DNA from: Epithemia pelagica
Taxonomy: Eukaryota; Protista; Bacillariophyta
Assembly (NCBI GenBank): GCA_946965045.2
Contig: OX337230.1
Coordinates: 3,844,001-3,908,000 of the forward strand
Length of the DNA: 64,000 nt
Direction: 5' to 3'
A model generated the notes under the pieces. That model ran no database searches, had not been told where the DNA came from, and saw only the letters and a list, made by a program, of their open reading frames with translations. The position numbers and the translations under genes were made by a program. Of the stretch, positions 33,798 through 44,008 are shown in pieces (the stretch's first letter is position 1; every line of letters begins with the position of its first letter).

Positions 33798-36614
33798 TCA
33801 GGAACTGTTCCATCGTTGTTTGTTGTATCCTAGCAGTGTGGCGGCACATTTTTCTTCGGAAGTCAATCTTCTCCAACTCTTGTCACAGGTCGGTGGTTCC
33901 TCATCCATGTCCCAAAGATGGGGAGTATATCCCAAAATCATGGCCGCTTCTTGCACATGGGGAGGAAGGTTCCGCCAGCTGTAGTCGTCATAGATTGGAG
34001 ACTCGGGTGCATCTTCTACGAGCATGGTGGCTCTTTGGGTTGTGCGTGGTTCTAGCGTTTTCGTGTTCGCGGGTCGACCCAAAAACTCGAGAATCCGTTG
34101 GGCCGTGTAACGGCCACTAAAAATGGCGGCTGGTACACTCCCTTCAAATTCCAACGAACTGGCATCTCCGGCAAAGCAGAGACTGCCATTCCATTCCGGT
34201 ATTTGCATGGCTTGACAATGATGATCGGATCCACCCATGGACAAACCGGCATAGGCACCTCGACAATACTCATCTTCTTCCCAACGTGTCACGTGGCAAT
34301 CCACACAGGCTTGTCGCAAATCACGTTGGAGGTTCATGGCCGTTTGCAAAAAGTCCAAGACGGCATTGCGAATCACCTCATCGGGTTTGTGTGTGGCCCA
34401 GACTCCTTGATCTCCCGCCAAAATGGCTTCGATACAAGGAACACCATCCTTGGCCCACAAATTGTCCAACAAGAGACAATTGCCCAGTGGATTATCAGTC
34501 GTATTAGTAAAGTCTTTCTTGGTATTATCGTCACTGTCCTTGGGTAGGAGCATCATTCCCAAAAAAGCTGGTTGTGTGGGCCAAAAAATGGCATCAAAGG
34601 TTAAAAACACTTTTTTGTATCGTCCCATGGTGAGACGTTCCAGGGCTTGTAATTTTTCCGTGCTTAGGGATGTCGTATTGGCAAACAAGGTGGCATGATT
34701 CTCCCGCAAACAACCGACTGGTATCGTGACGACACAGGCCTTGGCATATACCACCAAACCGGACTTGGTTTCGACACGGACATTGTACTTTGGTTGTGTT
34801 GTTTGCTTCTCATTGTCACTGCTGTCCTGATGGCTGGACTCGCCGGTAGGAGGATGGTGACCACCATTGGTGGTCATTGTTGGATGCTGCGGCAAATGTT
34901 GAATGCGAATGACTTCTTGATCGAGTCGAATGCAGTGTCGCACATCCGGTGTTGCCAAGGCTTGGACCACCTTGTGCATTCCCCCTTGGACGGTACAATG
35001 CGCTCCCACAAAATCACCATCTTGTTCAAATTCTTCATCGTCCCACAAGGGATCATCCTCCTCCTCATTGGAATTGTCCTTGTCGTCCTCGGAGGAGGAT
35101 GACGACGACGACGACGAATAATTGCGATTGCGATCGTCGTCCGGATCCAATCGGGTATTGCCATATTGGGCAATGGGAATGTCCTTCAAGCTAAATCCCT
35201 GCCAGTACGTCAGTAATTGTTGATAAAACAATGTCAGGGACCAAATGACTTGTCGTTGTTGTTGTTCTTGTTGGTGTGGTAGTAGGGCATCTTTGGAATC
35301 CATTCTTGGTGGTGGTAGTTGGAGGGGCAGACTGGCATTCCAGTGCTCCAAGGCACTTTGGAGACTGACATTATTGTTGGCGTGTTCGGCGAGTCCATTT
35401 TGAACCATGGTTTGGACTTGTTGATCGACCCGTCGCATAATTTGATAATGCCGACGAATCGAGGCACGAATCAAGTCATTGTTATTGTTGTTGTTTCGGT
35501 TCTTCTTCCTGTTGCTGTTGTGGGACTCTGAGTCTTGTTGTGGTGGTGGTTGTTTCATATACAGGAACGGCTGCGGTATTCGGAATGGTCCATCTTGTTC
35601 TTTGTGTGCCAATTGTGATGTTGGTGGCGGCGGTTCTAAAAAGAGGGCCAGGTTGTGGGTTCGATGCAAGACTGTGTAGGGTCGAGTCCAGGGATTGCCT
35701 CGTACGACCCGCCGCAAGTCTTGCGAGGCATTCAAATAGTCCAAGACGGGATTGCGAAGCAAGGTGGGAAATTGAGGATCGGTGACATGAAAGGCATCGT
35801 GCGGATCGGGCCAGGGTACGGGATCGACGCCATGCACCCACGCGGCACCCTGATCGATCCACAACACGACATTGCTAGTCTTGTTGTTCGAGGAATCTTC
35901 CTGGTTGTTGTTGTGGTTTTCGTCGTCGTGGTCCTCATGGTCCTCGTTCTCGTTCTTGTTGGTGGTGGGGACCATTGTTGGTTGGGGTACCGTATAGGGC
36001 GTAGTATGGACCCGTCCTCCAATTCGATTCCGCGCTTCCAAAATCAAAATATCCAGGTCACTGTCACTGTCGTCACTGGATTCTAGCAAACTCTTGGCAC
36101 ATTGCAAGCCACTGACACCCGCTCCCACAATCAACACGTCGACATATTCGACCCGATTGTCATTGTTGTTGTCATCATTGTCGTGTTGGTTGTCCTTGTC
36201 GTTGGTGGTCGTTTGGTCGTGGTGCTTGTCTCCATTCTTGTTGTTGTGGTTGTCATTGTGGTGAGTCTTTGCGTTGCGTCTACCGGTTTCGTCCGATGCT
36301 GTGATTGCTGTTGCTGGTTGTTCTTCGGGCATTGGCACCACCCACAATTGTTGTTGGTGTTGTTGTTGTTGTGGATTTCCTTTTTGTTGTCTTTTTCGTT
36401 GAGTGCAATATGGGCAGTCGCCCACACCAAAGGTCGTCACTCGTCGTATTCGATGGACTAGGACAAAGGATTCCGTCGTCTGGATCAATATTTCCAGTAC
36501 TAGAAACAAGAACAACAAGCTAGTACTACGGCGGCACAACCGAACACAAAGAATGATGGAAACGTGTGGCCCACAACAGAATGACAAAGAGCAGACAAAA
36601 AGTGGCAATCTCAA
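33798..36614 (-). CDS. Flavin-containing amine oxidase (polyamine oxidase/LSD1-like FAD fold), possible bipartite signal/plastid leader; start codon unresolved
   Basis: VLIVGAGVSGL, LEARNRIGGRVHT, IDQGAAWVHG, VTRWEED...GAY and LCFAGDA...GSVPAAIFSG. Hydrophobic stretch ending TTES-F. No in-frame ATG precedes it in the open frame. Confidence 0.85.
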   Translation of the reverse strand: MRLPLFVCSLSFCCGPHVSIILCVRLCRRSTSLLFLFLVLEILIQTTESFVLVHRIRRVTTFGVGDCPYCTQRKRQQKGNPQQQQHQQQLWVVPMPEEQPATAITASDETGRRNAKTHHNDNHNNKNGDKHHDQTTTNDKDNQHDNDDNNNDNRVEYVDVLIVGAGVSGLQCAKSLLESSDDSDSDLDILILEARNRIGGRVHTTPYTVPQPTMVPTTNKNENEDHEDHDDENHNNNQEDSSNNKTSNVVLWIDQGAAWVHGVDPVPWPDPHDAFHVTDPQFPTLLRNPVLDYLNASQDLRRVVRGNPWTRPYTVLHRTHNLALFLEPPPPTSQLAHKEQDGPFRIPQPFLYMKQPPPQQDSESHNSNRKKNRNNNNNNDLIRASIRRHYQIMRRVDQQVQTMVQNGLAEHANNNVSLQSALEHWNASLPLQLPPPRMDSKDALLPHQQEQQQRQVIWSLTLFYQQLLTYWQGFSLKDIPIAQYGNTRLDPDDDRNRNYSSSSSSSSSEDDKDNSNEEEDDPLWDDEEFEQDGDFVGAHCTVQGGMHKVVQALATPDVRHCIRLDQEVIRIQHLPQHPTMTTNGGHHPPTGESSHQDSSDNEKQTTQPKYNVRVETKSGLVVYAKACVVTIPVGCLRENHATLFANTTSLSTEKLQALERLTMGRYKKVFLTFDAIFWPTQPAFLGMMLLPKDSDDNTKKDFTNTTDNPLGNCLLLDNLWAKDGVPCIEAILAGDQGVWATHKPDEVIRNAVLDFLQTAMNLQRDLRQACVDCHVTRWEEDEYCRGAYAGLSMGGSDHHCQAMQIPEWNGSLCFAGDASSLEFEGSVPAAIFSGRYTAQRILEFLGRPANTKTLEPRTTQRATMLVEDAPESPIYDDYSWRNLPPHVQEAAMILGYTPHLWDMDEEPPTCDKSWRRLTSEEKCAATLLGYNKQRWNSS

Positions 36615-36945
36615 TGATGCTGGTTGCAGGTTACACCTACAAACACCAGACTACAACTCGCTTGGTTGGTTGGTTCTGCAATGCCTCTCGAATATCTTTT
36701 GGTCTCTCGTCGTCGTCGTCGTGGGTGTGCGGGTTTGTGATGGTTGTGTCGTCATCGGCCAAATCCAGAATTCTTGGGAGCAAAAATTTGTTGTGTGGTC
36801 GACAGGCCATGTGCGACTGCAGCTCGTCATCGTTTCAATGCGACCTATCCGCGACCTACTTCTCGGTCGCGCATTAAATGCGTGAAATGCAAAGCTCCAA
36901 GAGAGTATACAAGTATGTCTACTTCTACTGTCTACCCGACAAAAG

Positions 36946-37120
36946 TGAATAAATCCCGCCAACAGGTCGCATATTGGCGGATACATGGTCGCATATTGGC
37001 GAATATGCATCGCCTACATATGCTGCTACGCATCTAGTTTTCTAGTCATAATTTTGGTCTAGCCACTTGTTGCACGCCGTATACACCGTGTTGTAGCGTG
37101 TAGTGGCAGGATTTAATACA
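36946..37120 (+). repeat. Outer element 5' LTR (175 bp)
   Basis: TGAATAAATCCC...GATTTAATACA, repeated at 52195-52369. Confidence 0.95.
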
Positions 37121-37133
37121 GTTTATCAGACCC
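37121..37133 (+). promoter_or_regulatory. Putative primer-binding site complementary to a tRNA-Ile anticodon arm
   Basis: GTTTATCAGACCC directly follows the LTR; its reverse complement reads GGGT-CT-GAT-AA-AC. Confidence 0.6.
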
Positions 37134-37839
37134 AAATGCTGCAGCCGCAGTAGTTTAGTTGGTTTATGTACGCTGTTGGCGTGGAAGGTTTGGGGTTCGA
37201 ATCCCCATGATTTATCGGACGACCGGCCGTTGGACCCTGTATCGGGACCCACCTCTCCGATGGTAGATCAAAATGACCAGATAGTGCATCGACGTCCGAC
37301 TGTCCCCTAACTATGTTCCAATTCTAACCAGGACTATGTTACCTCGGATATTCTAAATGCTAAGGTGCTCTGTGTGCACCATGTGAGAACTCTGCCGAGT
37401 TTTGCTCTTTGCCTTTTGCCCGTACTGGCAGCGGCTGATCACCGCTTGGGAGTGTTCGCGCTAAGCTACTCGTCACGGTATGCTTGCGGCACTACTTATA
37501 GTTCACACTCGTGATGTGTGACCCATGGCACTCTCCCACGTGACGGGGAGCACTCGCTTAAGTGAGCGATTGTTTTGGTAATCTTTTCTCCATACATGAA
37601 AATATAGATACCTCCTTTTGCACCGTGCCGACGCACACGTCCTAAGTATTTGTTCTCTGCCGACTGCAGCGCAAACGCAAGTCGACACTACTTGTGCACC
37701 TTAATTCCAGGTAGAATCGCGAAATCTGCGATCTGCATCACCTTTTGGCAATGCCTCCACACTTCTGTGTTTTTTTGCCTGTGTTTTGCTCTGAACCTCT
37801 CCTGCTTCTGGCTCTCTTGCTTTCCTTTTGCCTTCCACC

Positions 37840-39393
37840 ATGTCTTCATCCACTGCCCCTGAAAATCCCAAGGAAGATTTCAAGGCTGCCGTTAAACGCT
37901 GTGGATACAATGATGCCACCGTTACCTACATCATTGAGCAGGGTTTTGATGATGCTCAATCGTTCATGACTGTTGCGGTCCATCAAGTGCCGTCGATGTT
38001 GAAGATGATGGCGAAGACCCCTCCAGAGAACGGGGCCTTTCCCTTCAGTGCTAACCTGCAGCTCCACGGCTTCCGAATGTGGCTCGAATACCGTTCGTCT
38101 CGTGGTCAGGCTCTTAAAGTCTCACTTTTCTCTGATCCGCCCCTGATCAAGAAATGGACCAAACGTACCCAGGAACTGTTTGCACTCAACAAGGAAGTTG
38201 CCTCCGATGAACTGACCCCACCGAAAGAGTTGACTTCGTTTACTCAGTGGGAGGTGTTTAACGATGCCTTGCTCACGTTCCTCGCACAGCATCGCAATCC
38301 CACAACGGGTGTCCCTTTGACATACGTCCTTCGTGAAACTAAGCCTGTCGGTTCTGAAGCAAGGAATGCTGCCTACGATACTATCGATGACGATTTGATT
38401 GCTACTACTATCCTGCAAGGTGATCAGTATGCCCTTGACAATCAACGCGTCTTCACACTGATGAAACCTTTCCTTGTTGGCGGCCCTGGCCTGATGTTCA
38501 TCAAGCCACACCAAAAGAAGAAGGACGGCCGTGAGGCGTATCTTGCGTTGACTCGCCAAGCTACTGGAACAGCAGCTGTCACCATCCGCAAGAAAGAAGC
38601 ATACGCTGCTATTGCCGACGCAAAGTTTACAGGCCGCGGTCGTTTCTCGTATCAACAATATGTTCACCGCCATCAGAAAGCTCATAATACGTTGGCTGAA
38701 CTTGATGAACCCGTTGCCGAAACCAAAAAGGTAACCGATTTCCTCAAAGGTATATCGGATCCCTCTTTGGCGGCGGGAAAGACGGTCGTCAACGGTGACG
38801 CAGCAAAGCTTTCTGATTTTGAAGCATGCCAGCAGTATTTTGGCACGTTGATTGCTGCATCTCGTACTGACAAGACCAATGACGAGAATCGAAAGATTGC
38901 TGGTGTGGGTACGACTAAGACTAGTGGAAAGAAGAATGGTCGTAACAAGCAGAATAAAAAGAAGACGCGTCATTACAGTTTGGATGAATGGCGCAAGCTC
39001 TCTGATGAAGAGAAGGCCGAAATCCTCCGTGCCCGTAAAGAACAGAAAGACAAAGAACAGAAAGACGCTAATGGAAAGCGCAAGGCCGGAGCCGTGCGAA
39101 CTGAAGATGAAAATGGCTCTCGCAAGTTGAGTAAAACTGAAACTCCAAAGTCTGATGACGTGAAATTGGAGACCACTGACCTGGATGGGGACGACGCGCC
39201 GAACCATTCCGAGCCTGATCCTCCTGTTGCTGATGAACCGACTGTTCCCAAAACCTCAGCCGGAAACAGTTTCGGACGCTTTGCCCATAGTAAAAAAGGA
39301 TCTACAAAGCCGCACAACCCTGATGAAACCAAGGAGCCTACAACTGCCGTTGCGAAAGCTGCCCTTGCTGATAAGGCCACAAAGCAGACCTGA
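37840..39393 (+). CDS. gag: Outer element Gag
   Basis: Position after the LTR/PBS; basic C-terminus; segment QQYVHRHQKAHNTL...KKVTDFLKGI; ends at TGA 39391-39393. Confidence 0.85.
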   Translation: MSSSTAPENPKEDFKAAVKRCGYNDATVTYIIEQGFDDAQSFMTVAVHQVPSMLKMMAKTPPENGAFPFSANLQLHGFRMWLEYRSSRGQALKVSLFSDPPLIKKWTKRTQELFALNKEVASDELTPPKELTSFTQWEVFNDALLTFLAQHRNPTTGVPLTYVLRETKPVGSEARNAAYDTIDDDLIATTILQGDQYALDNQRVFTLMKPFLVGGPGLMFIKPHQKKKDGREAYLALTRQATGTAAVTIRKKEAYAAIADAKFTGRGRFSYQQYVHRHQKAHNTLAELDEPVAETKKVTDFLKGISDPSLAAGKTVVNGDAAKLSDFEACQQYFGTLIAASRTDKTNDENRKIAGVGTTKTSGKKNGRNKQNKKKTRHYSLDEWRKLSDEEKAEILRARKEQKDKEQKDANGKRKAGAVRTEDENGSRKLSKTETPKSDDVKLETTDLDGDDAPNHSEPDPPVADEPTVPKTSAGNSFGRFAHSKKGSTKPHNPDETKEPTTAVAKAALADKATKQT

Positions 39394-42089
39394 GGCTGTG
39401 TGCCCAGTGATGAAATTGATAAAACGAATCTTATCCGTCCACATTTCTCACTTGTAGGCACCCCTACCTTCAGCTTAGCCTTTGCACACCGTTTATGTGC
39501 TGCCGTATCACAGTCCCATACCACTGATCCGATTGATCTGACATGTGAAATGGACTCGCATGCTGACACTTGTTGTGTTGGTCGCAACTTTGTGAAATTC
39601 AGGGAACCTGACCGTTACATCACTGTTTCCCCATTCTCAGAGGAATATAAACCCCTCGAGCGTATCCCCGTCACCACGACCGCCACTGTCTGGACTGGTG
39701 CCCACAACAATAGTTATCTATTGCTGTTTCACGAGTCGTTATTCTTCGGGGACCGATTGTCCCAATCATTGATTTGTCCCAATCAACTGCGTTCAAACGG
39801 CCTCATTGTCCATGATGTGCCGCGTCAGTTTGACCCTTACAGCACACACAGCATTCGTATTCCCGATGCTGACCTGACCATTCCTCTAGAAATGTCCGGT
39901 GTTATCTCTGGCTTCGCGACCACGAAGCCAACCCCGGAGGAGCTCGAGTCGCTCCCACGGATAGTCATGACTGCTGATTCGGTGTGGCACCCTCATTCGT
40001 CCGCCTTTGCTGCCGCAGAGGAGAAAGCCAATGCATCCAATGCATCTGCTGTCCGCCAAGTTGATCCGAATTCGATTGCCGTATCCTGTGTCCCGCGATT
40101 GGTTGCTGCCGTCCGATCATACGACGAAACCTATGGCTATTGCATGGAACTTGAGAATGACGAGGATGAACTATGCAACCGCTTAGTTGCTGCCGTTCGA
40201 GTGTCCCATCCACCGAGTGCCGAGGACACTGTGGACATTGAGGACCTTGATCCTGACGAATACTTTCTCAAAGCCGTTAAGTCTGCTTCGTCACGACCAA
40301 CGAAAGCCGTAAAAGTCTTGCCATCTTCTTCTAAGACTGTACTTGATCCCCAGACCTTGTCTTCTCGATGGAATGTCGGCCTTACTAAGGCCAAGAAGAC
40401 TTTACAAGTGACAACCCAGGCTGGGGTCCGAAATGTCCTTGTCCCATCCGAACGCAAGGTCCGAAAGAAAGCTCCATGGCTCAAATTCCCGAATGTCAAG
40501 GGACGATGGTTTTGCGACGAGATGTTCTCCAAGTGCCCATCGCTTGATCTTCACACGGGTGCTTCCGTATTTACTGATGGAAAGGGCTATGATTTTGTCT
40601 ATCCCTGGAATTCAAAGAAGCAACACCCTGAAGGTCTGATGTCCCTTATCCAGAATGTCGGAATTCCTCAGACGTTAATTTCTGATGGTGCGCAAGAGCT
40701 ATTTCATGGACGTTCTCGTGAGATCTGTAATGAGTACCGTATCAAACAAGAAGTGACCGTCCCATACAGTCAATGGCAGAATGCCGCCGAAGCGAGCATC
40801 CGTGAGTTGAAGAAAGGTGTTATTAGGAAGTTACGTCAAACTGGTGCACCACGACGCACATGGTCCTATGCGCTGAAGTGGGTTGCCTCTGTCCGCCAGT
40901 TAACTGCCTCTGATATCCCTGAACTTAATGGACGAACGCCATTTGAACACGTTCTTGGATCGACACCCGACATCTCTCCCATGGCTTTGTTTGATTTCTA
41001 TCAACCTGTATACTATTATACGCCGTCGCATGACTTCCCTCATGAGCGTAAATGTATTGGGCGCTGGCTTGGTCTTGCCGATGACTGTATTGATGACATG
41101 GCCTTCAACGTCTTGACAGAGAAAGGTCGAGTTATTGTCCGAAAAGATGTGTGGGCAATCCCTGACGACGATATGAAAAATCCCACAATCCGTCAACAAC
41201 TGGAAGTCTATGATGGTCTTATCAAGACTCTCCTCGTGGATACATCGCCGTCTTCCGATGAAGATGCCGCCAACGTTTCCCCTGATCCACCCGATGATTT
41301 CTTTGGAGAAGACGAAAGCGAATCTCTCTTTCCTGCTGCTCTTGACTCCGATACACCTCTCCCTGATGCTGACGACTACACTCCGGAGGAGTTAGACGAA
41401 TATCTCACAGCCGAAGTCATGCTGCCGCATGGCGGGGACCAGGCCAGAGCCAAGATCATAGGCCGCTCCAAAGATGAACATGGCCGACCAATTGGCAAAC
41501 GTGATCCAAATCCAATCTTAGACACACGTTTCTATGACGTGCTGTATCCCGATGGATCGACCGAATCTCTTGCTGCCAATCTCATTGCCGAGAACCTTTA
41601 CTCTCAAGTCGACACTGAGGGCAACTCCTATGCCATTGTAAAGGATATCATTGGACATCGCAAAACCAAGGACGCTGTCCTCCGAACGGATCCGGACTGG
41701 TTGAATGGCCGTAAACGCCATACAACCGTTGGTTGGGAACATGAGTGTGAACTCTCCGATGGTTCTACTGTTTGGATCCCTCTCAAAGATCTCAAAAACG
41801 ATTCGCCTGTACAACTAGCCGAATATGCCGTTGCGGCGGGGCTTGCCAAAGAACCGGCCTATGCCTGGTGGGTTTCACATACGTTACGCAAACGTGGTGT
41901 AATTCTTGCGAAAGTAAAATCTCGCTATTGGAAACGTACCCACAAATATGGTATTGAACTGCCCAAAACCGTTCAAGAAGCTCTTGAGATTGATCGTCGA
42001 ACGGGGACTGATTTCTGGCGGAAAGCCATCGAAAAGGAGATGAAAAATGTTCGCATTGCCTTTGAATTCCGTGATGATGACAAAGTACC
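39394..42089 (+). CDS. pol: Outer element Pol, 5' part (protease, integrase, start of RT region); in frame with gag across one TGA and cut by the inner element
   Basis: EMDSHADTCCVG protease; CDEMF...ISDGAQE...QNAAE integrase. Resumes at 50479 (DDDKVP|IGYKHIPCH). Confidence 0.9.
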
Positions 42090-42872
42090 TGTTAGAATTC
42101 TCACCGTCTATGGTGGTTAGATTCTACATCTCATCGATTCCCCATGTCACATAGCCTCGTGCTATCGCATCATGCCCTCTAGCTTCGAGCTATGTTTCCT
42201 AGCTTCGCGCTATATCGACCTATATTTCTTCGCAAATCATGAAAAGTGAGAATAGATTGACGAACTCACTCTCAAGACTAAACTGGGTCGTGCGGTATTA
42301 CAACGGACGTAAATTTGGCCGTTGCTCGGACATTATACTAACGCCCTAAGCGTACGCGCCCGAAATCATCGAGCGCGCCCAAGCGACATCCGAGCGCTAT
42401 CGGCATCTATCCGACCCAACGGTCTAAGTATCCCAAGCACGACACACGATCACGCGAGACCATATTTCCATTCCCACAATCTCCAAATTGTCAACAAGCT
42501 GCGCGCCATGAAAACAACTATGCCAACCCAAAGCAAGAGCTGTTGACCCTGTATATGTTATCCGCCCACATATACATGTCATATACATCACATGAATCAA
42601 CTCCAACTATTCCAAACCTGTTGCCGCCAAGAACCTATGACACATGACCCTTGGCAGGACCGAACATTTCACGTAGACCTATCGTAGTAATCAACACACA
42701 ATCTAACAATATCACCATTTATCACATCTTCTTTTGTGTCCCGACTATCCTTCTGATAGACTTCGACTTGCTTGCTTCTCTGACCCTGAGAAGCTTGTAT
42801 CGGTTGGTGACCTACCTGATTGTCTGCTCTACCGAGCATCAATGTCCCTACGATTCAGAAAGAATTGTAACA
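42090..42872 (+). repeat. Inner element 5' LTR (783 bp)
   Basis: TGTTAGAATTCTC...GAATTGTAACA, repeated at 49691-50473. Confidence 0.97.
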
Positions 42873-42885
42873 GATTAACAGTCTC
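42873..42885 (+). promoter_or_regulatory. Putative primer-binding site complementary to a tRNA-Asn anticodon arm
   Basis: GATTAACAGTCTC directly follows the LTR; its reverse complement reads GAGA-CT-GTT-AA-TC. Confidence 0.65.
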
Positions 42886-42908
42886 AAAGCTTATTTCCTT
42901 GTGGTTTC

Positions 42909-43688
42909 ATGGATACTAACGAGATTATCACTCCTGTACGACAGATCTATCGAGCCAACCTGCATCCCGGGCAGCCCGATACCCTGGTGCAGCAGGAACT
43001 GGTGCCGACGCCGAAGGCAGCCAACACATCGGTCAACATCTCCGTCGACAGTTCCAACAGCAACCCATTCGAGACTCCAACCCAGCCTCACGCTCCGATC
43101 CCTGCGCCGTTGCTTCGGCCCCCGAGTCCGCCTCGTCGGCTCGTCCCTTCTCGATCCCGTCGTACCACCCGGTTGATTGCTGATCATATCAAGTACTTCC
43201 GCCAACCAACTTGTTCGACCTTCGATCCCGAGATCATCCGTGGGGAGACCCAGATCGAACGCCAGTTCCAATCGGTGACCCACATCGTCGACCAAGAAGA
43301 CATTGACCGTCTGAACGACCAACTTCATCGTTCTCCGAGGCGTCGCCTCATCTTTGCCGCCCTCTCGGGCAACCCCATCCGTACTGTCCACCTCCGCTTC
43401 CTAACCTTCGAGCGCCCAACTGGATACTACAATATCATCCACGTCGTGAACGCGACGACTTGCCCTCTGCCTCCTAACGTTGTACGCCTAGATAACTACG
43501 TTGCCTACATCCACGAGGTCCATACCATCGAGGACCATCGTGCAACTATCTACCCTTTGCGTACCGAGGTCGAGAACCACCTGGCTGAAGGTGATACCCC
43601 TTCTTCTGTTGCTTGTGCTGCCCCATCTGAGCCTGGAAGCGACTCTGATCATTCGGAAGAGGGTGAGGATTCGGAGACCGAAGCTTAA
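42909..43688 (+). CDS. Extra ORF (259 aa) of unknown function upstream of gag-pol in the inner element
   Basis: ATG-initiated and intact, with Pro/Arg-rich N-terminus, globular middle and acidic end. Confidence 0.7.
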   Translation: MDTNEIITPVRQIYRANLHPGQPDTLVQQELVPTPKAANTSVNISVDSSNSNPFETPTQPHAPIPAPLLRPPSPPRRLVPSRSRRTTRLIADHIKYFRQPTCSTFDPEIIRGETQIERQFQSVTHIVDQEDIDRLNDQLHRSPRRRLIFAALSGNPIRTVHLRFLTFERPTGYYNIIHVVNATTCPLPPNVVRLDNYVAYIHEVHTIEDHRATIYPLRTEVENHLAEGDTPSSVACAAPSEPGSDSDHSEEGEDSETEA

Positions 43689-44008
43689 TTACTCATAGTT
43701 AACTCCCGTCCTCTCAAAACCTTTCCAAGACTTAAACTCAACGCACATCCGGGTACCCTTGGTCGCACAACACGCCACACATTCCCGTCAAATCGCGAAA
43801 ATTCGGCGAAAATTTGTTGAAACTCGGCGAAAATTTGTCGAAATCAACGGAAATTTCCAGGAGTCGCACATCACAACACACATCCGGGTATCACATACGT
43901 GGTACATACGTGGCACACGTGGTACATCCGGGTTCACATCACATCACACATTAAATAAACCACATCACACCGCACATTAAATAAACATCGAACCAACCAA
44001 ATAACACC

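Noticed and set aside
38122-39207. 361-aa antisense ORF in the outer gag
   Set aside because: Fully overlaps gag on the opposite strand with no motif; most likely a codon-bias shadow.
42090-42120. Apparent C-terminus VRILTVYGG of the 906-aa pol ORF
   Set aside because: Derived from the inserted inner LTR, not a true protein end.
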